NCBI GenBank assembly: GCA_964187785.1
Contig: OZ076409.1
Span: forward strand, 21,764,001 to 21,828,000
Direction: 5' to 3'
Length of the DNA stretch: 64,000 bases
DNA from: Amphiscolops sp. MND2022
Lineage: Eukaryota
Below, piece by piece: positions 1-10,515 of the stretch (position 1 is the stretch's first letter; every line of letters begins with the position of its first letter). The notes beneath the pieces were generated by a model, which saw only the letters and a list, made by a program, of their open reading frames with translations, was not told where the DNA came from and made no database searches. The position numbers and the translations under genes were made by a program.

Positions 1-3000
1 GGATTCGGCTGTTGAATCGAAAGTTGACGAAATCAAAAGAAAGATAGCTGCTAGTTCTGACTCATTGACGGAGATGTCAGATGCAATCAAATTAACAGAA
101 GGAAATGAAACTAGATTCGATGCGATTCTGTTCTGAAAAAAAAACTGTTTGAGACCCTTGTCAAGCAGAAGGAAATCCCTGGAAATTGAAAGCATCTTGG
201 TCGAAACAACCGAACACCAAACCTAACAATCTGAAACTGCTGATGAAAAAAACAGTGGAGCAACAGGAGAAAGAAAAACTTAAGAACGAGAAACGGTAAG
301 CAAGTTCGGTCCAATTTAGAGTACCTGAAAGTAAGAAAATCATCTCGAAAGAATGACAGTAGCTTGCCTTGGTATTTTTAGCGAATATTGTTGTAATGGA
401 CTCAAATGTGGTGACATCTGTCAGAACTGCAACTATACTGGGAGAACCTGCAGAAAAAAGTAACGACAGCGTGAAGCATAGAAACTTATACTAGAAGACA
501 AGGTTACAAAGGCGAGCATCTTCAGTCTCTTGAAAAATATAGAGAAGCAGATTGTCGTTTCAGAAACGTTAGTGTCTGCTGGCATGACTACTCGGAAGAA
601 TCTCGAGAGATAATGAAAGAAAGCATTAACGCAACGAAAGAGAAAAATAGTAAACATGGAAATGCATGTTTGTTTCGTACGAGGACCGCCGTCCCACTTA
701 GAGTTGCAACGGAAAAAAGCATTCAATACCATCGGAGACTGAAGGAGGGCAAGAACTGATTACGTACTTCATTGAATGCGCTCCTGTACAAGAGTCGAAG
801 CTTGATCAACCGTGAAAAAGTTTGCTGACTTTGTGCAAAAACACAACTATGATTTGATAATACTTACTGAGACTTGGCTTACGAGGAACATCGGAAACTC
901 GGAACATTTCCTGACTCTCTAATCTTATTGGTGCTGATAGACAAATTGCAAATAAAGCGGAGACATCGAAGGACAGTATTTGCCTTTTATCTGTAGAAAC
1001 ATCTTTACCTTACACGGAGGTGAACTTAAATGGATTACCTGGAAGACTTCAGGAAACGCTAGTGATAGATAAACTGGAACAGGAAGCTCCTCTATACACA
1101 GCCTTGCTGTACAACCTTCAAAGAGGAAGCCCATGTCGACTATAAACTACTCAAATAGATGGTCTCTTAGGTTTGCTTAAAACAATAATTAACGGAAATC
1201 TCATATTAGATGGGGCCCATAATAATCCCATATTCTCATATTAATCTGGGATTTCATTGTAGTAGATACCGAAAGGGATACATATAGCTCACTTGACTGC
1301 TAAGAAAATTATTGTGTTTCCAAAGCTGTCTTCCTGCCTGGACATAGTATTCTGCCGGGAGGATTCAAACATCATCGCGATAGAGAAAAAGAGGACAAGC
1401 CTCCGTTTTCAAATCACTTCCCTGTATTAATCGAACTGAGCAGCTGTACTGAAGTAATAAAACCCGCATTCAAATAATTCTATAGCTACTGCAATTGTGA
1501 CTACGAGAACATGAATGCACTGATACGAATGCACCCTCTCGAACCTTATCACTATAACAACGTTGATGTGACTTGTACACTTTGGTATGAATGGATTCAT
1601 AAGTTGCTTGAACCGAACACTCCTGTTAGAACGCGCAAAGGGCAACTGCATCCGCTTGGATTACATCGGAGACATCCCATTGTCCCAATAAACTCGACAC
1701 TTCGAAGAAAGGCGTTTCGAAAAATTGTGCAAAAACCTAAAGCGCGCACTCAGTTGGAAAAGAAATGCAAAGAAATGCAATCAGCTGATTGTGCAGGGCA
1801 TGAGGGCAAACTCTTTGCATCTCGAGACATTTTAAAAAACTACAAGTATTTGTAAAGTTTCTGAAAAGATCCAATACCTACAAAAATAGAATGGCTGGAA
1901 GTGAAAGTGAGTGTTGTCGAGGATTGAAAGCGGGCTGAATTGTTCAATAAATACTTCACGTCAATAGTCACAGAAAATGACTACAGAACGTTCGAACCTA
2001 GTGGATGGCAAGTATCTGGTAACGAGGAGATCGAAATCAGCGAGTGTCTAATCTCGAAAAGTAGAGGCTCCGATAATATTCCCCCATTTTGTTCATTCAC
2101 AGTATCGCAAAGTTGTCGAATTTATTTTTCCAAAATATCAACAGATTAGCTAAATTCCCAAACCTTTGGAAGTATGGCGTGGTGTCTCCTATTACAAAGA
2201 AGGGAGAAAGGGTGAAGTGAACAACTACAGGCCTGTAACACTTCGACCTATTGTCTCCAAAATTTTTAAAAAGCTCATCCCGAGGACGTTGATGAACCAA
2301 GTATCAAAAGTCTTAAGTAGGATCAAAACAGTTTTCTACCTAGATCTGTTGTGATCCAACTATTGCTCAGTCTGTCGGAGATATACCAAAACATCAAAGT
2401 ACTTGACGTAACAAACAAGCTGGTTCTCTATGAATTCCCGAAAGCCCTCCACGAAATTAAACATTCGATTTTTCTGGATGCTGAGCCTAAACCTTAGTAA
2501 AGGATAGTACAACCTAAATAAAGATTATCTAAGTGACAGAACGCAAAGTGTGAGTGTGGATGGCCTTGTTTCGGGAAAACTTACAATTTCCTCCGATATC
2601 CCTCAGGACCCACTCTGTTTTTAGTCGGCGCATTTTATCAAAATGAGCATGACAATTACGGTGACAAGTTTATTTTATTTTTTTTCCGTCAGGCAACAGA
2701 ATGTAAGCGTAGTGGACACTTTTTAGAGAACTATTAAACTGGACCAGCAAGCGGAAACGCATCTAAGTTAGTGCGAAGGGTCTCCCTTTTCGTGTACTAA
2801 ATTTTTAACGAAAGATACAAAACCGGACAGGACTACAGCGTCCCCCCTTTGAATTCGTTTCGGCACTGTGCGACTTTTTTTCGTAGTTTTTTTGTCTCCA
2901 AAGGGTCCCCCCTTCAAGTTTTGTGATATATTGCAGTAAACTGAAGTTTCAAAAATCTCAAAGGGTCTCCTTTTTCTACTTTTCCGACACTATGAGACTG

Positions 3001-3900
3001 TTTCAAAATTCTCATTTTCCGTTTTTTTCCGAAAATTTTCTCAAAATATTTTTCGAAATTTTTTGTATGTCTCTAAAGATCCTTCTTCCTTCAATTTTTT
3101 TGATATTTTGCAACAAGCTGGATTTTCAAAACTTCGGATTCCCGTCTTGTTATTGTCTGTCAACGACTTGCCGCTTGTAGTATTCTCATCAATGGCACTA
3201 CTGTTCGCTGTTGATTTGAAGTTGATCAGTAAAGACGCAACAACGAATGATTTGGCTAGCATACAGAGTGATATCAACAACCTTCAATCCTGTAGTGTGC
3301 AAAACTGACTACTATTCAACTACAAGAAATCTTCCGTAATTTCATTCATTTTGGGACGAAATTATGATCATTAACAGCCTGAAGTGATGCTAGGTTCCAA
3401 TGGAACAAAACATCTGATGATAGCGAGAAACCTTGGACTTGAAGTTGAAAAGCATCCCAGATCGACTGAACATGTCAAAACGCGAAATGGAAAGGCAATG
3501 CGAAGTTGGTACCTGATTAAAAGGAACACTAACTCAAATGTTACTCCACATGCGAAAGTTCACCTCTACCGCGCTATGATTTGTTCATTTCTTATATTTG
3601 CATCAGAATGCTGGCATCTGAATTGGGGTGATTATCAGATGATTGAAACCTTCAACAAGAAGATTCTTCGCTGGATTAGCGGCATGCATGATTACCGAGA
3701 GGCTATGATAGCGTCAAATTTGTTACCTGCCCTCTGCCTGGAAGTGTTAAAATTTTTATTCTGAAAGATCGTCTCTGGAAATTATGATGTTGATTTCTCT
3801 CAGTTTTATGAAATGAATTGGAGTCCCTACAGAACAGCTACCCGAAATACACTACGAAGCTCAGAGACACAACTTCTGGTACCGAACAGGATTCAAAGTG
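1..3900 (+). mobile_element. Degraded APE-type LINE (CR1/L2/Jockey-like): ORF1 remnant, AP endonuclease and reverse transcriptase, with many frameshifts and stops
   Basis: NYDLIILTETWL (APE motif) at ~845; SKSRGSDNIPPF and NNYRPVTLRPIVSKIFKKLI (RT N-terminus) at 2050-2290; DYLSDRTQSV at ~2525; VNDLP...LLFAVDLKL (degenerate FADD) at 3160-3225; C-terminal KVHLYRAMI...ASECW. Ends approximate. Confidence 0.8.
2615..3135. mobile_element. Unclassified non-coding insertion interrupting the LINE RT
   Basis: RT coding stops after the PQ of the GVPQGS-like motif (~2605) and resumes at ~3135 just before the NDLP/FADD region. The intervening sequence is T-rich and non-coding. Boundaries approximate. Confidence 0.5.
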
Positions 3901-4167
3901 AATGTCTTGCTACCAAGAAACAATATTTTTTTTCGAAAACAATGAAGTCAACCCCATTTAGTTGGGTTTGTTCGTGTTTATGTTCAAGTTTTTGTGCCAA
4001 TCCAATGTCATAACCCAGCGACTAAATGCATATATCACGAAGTCCTAATAAAAAAACAACTAAAGCAATGACTTAAAAACAATTCATCAATGGCCAAAAC
4101 TGAATTGAATTATTAATGAATTGTTCAAAAAACGGAAAATGTTACGAAATGTTAAGCACAACTGTTT

Positions 4168-4260
4168 TATGGCTCGGTCGCTTCGCTCCTTTCGCCAAGT
4201 AGCAACTTTGGGTCAAGGCCATATTGCACGTAGCTCCGCTTGGCTTCGGTCCCGCATTTA
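4168..4260. repeat. Dispersed repeat end (TATGGCTCGGTCGCTTCGCTC...), second copy at 63929-64000
   Basis: About 70 bp clearly similar between 4168-4240 and 63929-64000. Confidence 0.7.
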
Positions 4261-4639
4261 GGGCCTCTGGGCCTCGTGAACATAGCTGACACTATATTTT
4301 CGCCGAAATTTGCCACGCGTTTCCAACTTAGTGATTTCAGCCAAAAGGTATTAAGCCCTCTGACCATTCACCCAAAAATTTTGTCTCTAAAAAATTGAGC
4401 CAAGTGACCAAATGCAATAAACCAAATGACTTTGAGCCAAGTGACCATTTACCGAATGGTAGATAGGTGTGGCTCAAAAGTGCTGAACATAGTTGCGTTC
4501 AGAACGGATCTATTTGAAAACGTACATTTGAATTTTTTAAAAGAGTTTTCAGTGACTTCAATGAGACAACCACACAGGAGATCCATATAAAAAAAACAGA
4601 AATGAAGAGAGATTGATAAACCAACTTTCTCGTTGACTA

Positions 4640-5340
4640 GAAGTGGAAAGCAGAATGTTACGTCCTACAACTTTGAAAAATTTAGTGAATTTGACAGTTT
4701 TGGTCTTATCTTGATAATTCTATAAACCTTTCAAGATCTTCAATAGTTTCAGGTCTCCAATCTTACAAACTTTGATAGTCCGAGCCCAGTTGAAGATTAA
4801 AGTCGGGGTTTAGAAGACAGAATGGTACATCTTATGCGGTTTGATGGGTGAACCGAGAGACTATTTGCAATTGAGCAATCATGAAAGGCGTCCAAATCAT
4901 GAAATGGCGTCCAAATCATGAAAGGCGTCCAAAAATAAGAACCATGTTCTATAACGTCGGTCATGTAATTTATGAAAAGAATGAATAAAGGAGCGTCAAG
5001 GACACTTCTTTGCGGCACACCTGAATGGAGTCGCAAGGGTTCAGAACAACGGTTTGAAAATTTTATGTGGAAAGTAGGTTATGATGAGGAACTGTATCGA
5101 AAGCTCTTTGAACGTCAAAGTAGACTGACACAGGGAGTGTTTGAGTCAGAGAACAGCGAACTAGATCAAAGTGAGAAATCATTTGCGTTATGTTCTTTTG
5201 AACCTTCATGAAGGCATGTTGTTCTTTTTTGATCTTTTTGCAAATTTTTGGGTAGATAAAATTGAATAAAACTTTTTCGAGGATGAGTAATACCTTATTG
5301 GTTGGACAGTCCTTTGCAATGTGTGACATTGGTTTGTTTA
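4640..5340 (-). pseudogene. LINE reverse transcriptase fragment (CR1-like)
   Basis: KVLLILEKVLFNFIYPKI, QHAF, SVYFDVQRAFDTVPH, SGVPQRSVLDAPLFILFIN; frameshifted; internal 18-19 bp triplication at 4879-4935. Confidence 0.8.
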
Positions 5341-5548
5341 AACTTATGTACAGGAGTACCCCGGAAATTCAACACCTGGAACTTTCGGTATTGGTATTGT
5401 GAAAATTTGTTATTCGTATTGGTATTGACCAATACCTAGCGTCTGTTATTGGTACTTTAGGTTAAAAAACAGGTTTTCGCAGATTTTGATGAAACCATAT
5501 CGAAGTGAACTTTTCTGACGAAAACGATCTGGGGCCGAAAGTGATAAA

Positions 5549-5785
5549 ATCAAACTATACCTAATTCGTTATGATGAATATTATAGTAATACTGAAAAAT
5601 TGATGAAATGAAACTCTCTTTCTGATTTTTAATGACGAATCTGATGTTAATTTTAAAAAAACTGAAAAAAAATCAAACTATGCCTGATTTTTTATGACGA
5701 ATCTGATGTTAATAATAAAAATTGAAGAAAAATCAAACTATACCTGATTTTTTGAGACGAATTTGATGGAAATAATAAAAGAGAA
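5549..5785. repeat. Minisatellite, about 4 degenerate ~60-bp units
   Basis: Recurring AATCAAACTATACCTGATTTTT..TGACGAATCTGATGTTAAT..AAAAA(T/C)TGA. Confidence 0.7.
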
Positions 5786-5899
5786 GACCACTTGTCGAAA
5801 CTGATGGTGAGAATTTGTTTTTCAGACCGTTCTTTGACTATATTTTGTATCTTCTTGAATATTGAACTGTACTTTTGATGCAACGCGTTGTATTTTTCC

Positions 5900-6780
5900 A
5901 CTATCAGATATCATGGACCTTTGCCATCAATCAAATGCCATGTGTAATCATGTCGGGGGGAAAAGACACTCACCCGTGGTCTGCAACGAAAGGAGGAAAC
6001 CCCAGTAGACCGGCTTTGCATTTGTTTCACTGGCTTAAGCGAAAGTCTAACACTATGCTCGAAATATTGTCGCATGTCACGTTACACACTTTGGAAAGCC
6101 CGTCGCGTACGGTTCTCATACTTTTCCAAGAGAGTTGGATGATTAAAACATGTCCTAATTGTCAAGAAGTACAACAATTTTGGCAGACTGAAGCAATTTT
6201 TCAAACTAAAGAAACCATGATGAGCCTGCACTTTTACAACCTTTTCAATAACTTTTCCAGTTATAAAGTTTTTTCCAATACGTCTGCCTACGATTTTGGG
6301 CCGAGCGGTGTACCGAGAATGATAATTTCATCTTTCGTTGCTGTTTTGAGTTTCAGGGAAATTGCTGACAGTGTCGATAGTCGTTTTTCAGTGATGTCAC
6401 CAAGGAAAGAAATCACATTTATGGGTTTAATTTTGAGTCCCAGCGTTTGTTCTGCTTCAACAGTTTTTTTAAGATCTTGCGGAACGGTTCTGTAATCATC
6501 ACTTAATTTTCCATCGTCGAGGTACCATAAGTTCATTTTGGAATCCAAACTGTGAATCAGATCCTGAATGGAATCCGAAAGCAAAACTGGAGACTCAGGA
6601 TCTCCTTGCTGGGCCCATTCACGAGATTTAATTACAGAATAACAGTAAAAAAGGAAACTTGGTTGACTGTACGCCGAGTGTGAGTACTTAAAAACGTCAG
6701 GGTGTATTTGAAAAGATTTCTCGAGCAAGAATTGTCGGTTTATCGAATTGAAAACGTTTTCCCAGTGAATTTTCGAAATG
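5900..6780 (-). mobile_element. Internally deleted fragment of the CRE-like non-LTR retrotransposon (RT core joined to 3' tail)
   Basis: AQQGDPESPVLL, WYLDDG and LGTPLGP match the copy at 61221-61880; 5900-6010 matches the shared 3' tail at 59046-59150. Confidence 0.8.
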
Positions 6781-7321
6781 TTTAGTACTCAACTGTTTCG
6801 TTTAGTGAATGGCATGAGACTTTACTGGAATTTAAAGATGATAACATAGACTGCAATGCATCATTCTTTGCAACTGTTTTAACTGGAATGTGATCTTGAT
6901 AATTTATCTTGGTTGAAATGTCAACGATTCCGGATGACTGGTCGACAACCAATTCGTCGACCAAACTAATTGGACGACTGTTCGACACATTTGTCGACCA
7001 ATCGTTCAAAACTGAAACTTATGTTAAGCGGCAAATTATAGGCGTGAAACGTCCAAATTCGAAAAGTTAATATTTTTGAGCTTTTTGGGGGGTACCATTC
7101 CCAGCACTAAAAAATTGAAGGTAGTGCGAATCCTAAAAGAACTATTTAAGCTTCGTTCGAGGGAACCATTCCCACCACTAAAAACTAGCTTGAATGCAAC
7201 ACTTGAATTAACAGTATCAGTAGAAATATGGAATTGTTTTATTTCAGCATAACAGAAACTTGACAAAGCATTATCAAGATAGATGTAACCTAGAGTTAAT
7301 TGAAGGGGGAATATAACAAAG

Positions 7322-9439
7322 TGTTACGACTATTTATCGGGGTGATTTTTCGATTAGTCGCAGTGGTTTTATTTTTGATTGGTGTCGAAGTTGCATTTCC
7401 CGGGATATTTTCGGATTCAGAATCTGTTTCTTCAGTAGTAGCTATGACAGTTTGTTTTTTAACAGGAGCAGCTATTAGTTTTAACACCTCCTTTTGATTT
7501 TCAGCTAAGACTTTGGTAAGATCAGACATGATCTCTTTTCTTAGTGAAGACTTGATTTCCTCTAGATTTTCAGTGATTACTCTAGGAGATTTACTCGTCC
7601 CTGCTACGGGATTTAAGTTTTGGTTAGCCTCAGTTATTGGGGTCTCCATTTCGGTTGAAACTAGTTCTTCAACAGCTTTTCTCTTCTGGCTTCTAGTAGT
7701 CATTTTAGATAGAGTGAGAGAGTGATTATTCTTTGGGAAACTTGAATTCTTCAAAGAAATATGATTTTCAAAACGGAGTATTAACGGAGTAGATTAGGAA
7801 AACTGATTAAACAGATTTACAAATCCTTAGGTATATATACTTTCACAGCATCATTTGTTCCTCACCTAAAAATTCCTAGGAATCCTTAAAATCGGTTTTG
7901 TTCAACAAAAATGCTTAATCATCCTTATTATTTCAACCCTTTTATTAATTGTTCATGACTTAAAATTCCTAGTCACGGATCCCTTACGGAGTACTTGTTG
8001 AAATCATTTTTGTTCATTAACATCATTTCCGGTTTGATCGCGGAAAAAGGCGGCAAAACAAATGTCTAGTTGAAACTTCATCGCGGAAAGCACGCGGGCG
8101 TGAACGATGAATCACTTCACGAGCGGTAAACTTTCAGCTTGCGATAAAAGAAATGACAAGCGAAATTTGTTACGGAGATATCTCGGGCGAATTTTGGATT
8201 GATAAACTGTGATATTTGAGAAGGAACAAATGATGCTGGAAAAGTGATGAATACGAACTAAAAAACCTGCTTATTGTAAATCAGAAAACAACCAACAATA
8301 ATCTATCTAACTTTACATGAATTGAGTTAGTTAACACTGACAAATGCAACAATTAAATAGCATATACATGAAAGCAACGTTTCTACAACGTGATTAATAC
8401 ACAGAATATTCTCCTACAGAATAGGAAGAAGCACCCTTTCGTAAGGATTCACTTTTATCCTAATTAACAGCACGAACTTTTTAATCAATCACTAAAACGG
8501 AGAAAATCCGGGTGGAGAAAGTAAAACCTTATGATAATTTAAATAACTCAGAATGATTCTACATGACCTCAGGAACATCCTAATGTATTTGGATAGCTTC
8601 TGTGTTTTAGGATTTTCCACGCTTGTCTTACATGTATTAACATTAGGTATAATTTCATCGATTTACAATTTGCCCCGTAAACGCTCCGTACGTATTAAGA
8701 TTAGGTATAGCTTCTTCGCATTACAATTTGCTCCGTAAGCGCTCCGTACGTATTAAGATTAGGTATAGTTGAGCAGAGCTTGCTTGCGGAGATAGAGCGG
8801 ACAGCGTTAACAAATTCATTCTTATTCTTTCGCTCAATTGGCGTTGCTATGGTAACTAGGGATGGTGAAAGACGACGCTATTGGTCCGTAAAAATAGAAA
8901 CATCTACTTTTCAATCAAGCTTAGTGACGCTGCCATTACGTTGTAAATATTCTCTTAAGTTGTTTAACTGCATTCTTAAGTGGATATTCACAACTAATCA
9001 ATCATTGGAAAACAATTCCACCATTCTCTTTGTATGTTCTTTCATTTTAGATTGTATGCGTTCCGTTGGGATCACGGAATTAAATATTGTTTTAGTGTTT
9101 TCATTTTAGTGTGGAGAAAAGAAAAATTGATCCCAGTGTTAAGGATGTTTCCTTTTTAATATTTAGATTGGCATGGAATTTTCATCAGTCGGAACCGGAA
9201 GTGATGAAACGATTGCATGTGAAATCATTAAACCGGAAATTTTCTTTTTGTCTAAATCATTTTTGAATAATTTACGTTGCGCTTCCGTTAAACTTAATTC
9301 GTGCTGCTGTTTGGATAAAAGGTAAGGCATTAAATAGAGTTTACTTAATGTTGTGTAGCTCTGCCGTATCCTTTTCCTCGCGTGAATTGCGGAATTCCTC
9401 CACAGCAAGTGAAATCCCGACCGGGAGCGGGTCGTGACA
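7322..9439 (-). repeat. 3' LTR of element A
   Basis: Direct repeat of 20854-22971; about 11 substitutions and no indels seen by eye. Confidence 0.97.
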
Positions 9440-10079
9440 GGGCGCCTCTATAGCCTGTTGACCACGGTCTGGGGCAGTGGGGAATCTCTCTGGTGATCAA
9501 TACTGGTTGTTTTCGTGCTCTTGCCAGTTTTGTAGAAGTATAGCGCGTTCCCCGACCGCACAACGGGCTGTTTTCTCGGCTGCTTTGTAGATCTATGCCA
9601 TAGGCGTTTTCGATTTCTTCTACTGCTGGCTCCATCAAGTCGTCGAGTTTGTCGGCTTTTGCAGGCGATCCATTTTACTGAAGCTCTTTGTTAGACACGT
9701 CTCGTAATACTGGGGCGGGCTGCAGCGGCGGTAGTTGACGGGGAGTATCCGGCTCTTCAAAGTAGCTTTCTTCAGACGTTTCAGTACTATGCCCTTCCAC
9801 TATGAAAGCTTCGCCAGGGCTTGTAGTGCCGAGGTTTATTTTTCTCGGTGAACCGATAGTCTCAAATGTAGACGCTGAGATGCCGGATAAATTTAGACTA
9901 TTGATAGAGTCCATCATCTCTTCTGCGCTGCCTTTTGTGGCTTCTAAGGAGGCTTCAGAAAGATCCAGTGTTGTTATCACATTAAGCGGGAGTATTTTGA
10001 TCGGGGTGCTCTGTCTTACGTTGCTACCCCGTTCTTCTTCGTCGGAGGAGATATCGATAACTAAGTCGTAGTTATTCAT
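9345..10079 (-). CDS. Accessory sense ORF3 of element A: acidic, Ser/Thr-rich protein of ~244 codons with one in-frame TAA (9675-9677), ending inside the 3' LTR
   Basis: ORFs 9675-10181 and 9345-9638 share a frame and are separated by a single stop. ATG at 10079 gives MNNYDLVIDISSDEEE. A positional counterpart exists in element B. Confidence 0.55.
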
Positions 10080-10169
10080 TTTAAGTTTTCTGATTATTGC
10101 AAGCTGTCTTATCTTTACGTTTAGAATGCGGCAAGTGAAGAGGTTAACTTTCTTCCGTTCGTGATTTTC

Positions 10170-10400
10170 CTGCATTCTCATTGGCTGTTATTTTCCTTTT
10201 TATATCAATTCGTTTCATCTTCGGAAAGCGTTTCACTTCCATCTGCGTTGTGATTGGCTGAACCATAGGAATAAAAATGTTAAAGTTTGAACTTCGTCGT
10301 GACGTCACTAATTTCTTCCCGGTGATGTTCCGTGTGACGTCACAGACTTGAACTGACTCTTTCTTCCTCTTTATGATCTCAAACTAATTTGGACCATTTT
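10170..10400. promoter_or_regulatory. Putative internal bidirectional promoter with two CRE/ATF palindromes and two CCAAT boxes
   Basis: GTGACGTCAC at 10299-10308 and 10334-10343; ATTGGCTG at 10180 and 10253; lies between the divergent starts of ORF3 (10079, -) and the antisense gene (10516, +). Confidence 0.55.
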
Positions 10401-10515
10401 TCGTCCTTTATGGAAACTATGAGCTTGCAACGATGGTGTATTTGGATTAATTTTGGGTAATGTATTTTCTTTGTTTCAGACTGTTCTGAAGATTCTTTAC
10501 GTGGTAACTTCTCAA

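Noticed and set aside
5549..5785. CRISPR-like array
   Set aside because: Contiguous degenerate tandem units with no unique spacers, in a eukaryotic context.
8553..9109. Hydrophobic plus-strand ORFs in the LTRs (also 22085-22641)
   Set aside because: Duplicated only because they lie in the LTR; AT-rich with no domain evidence.
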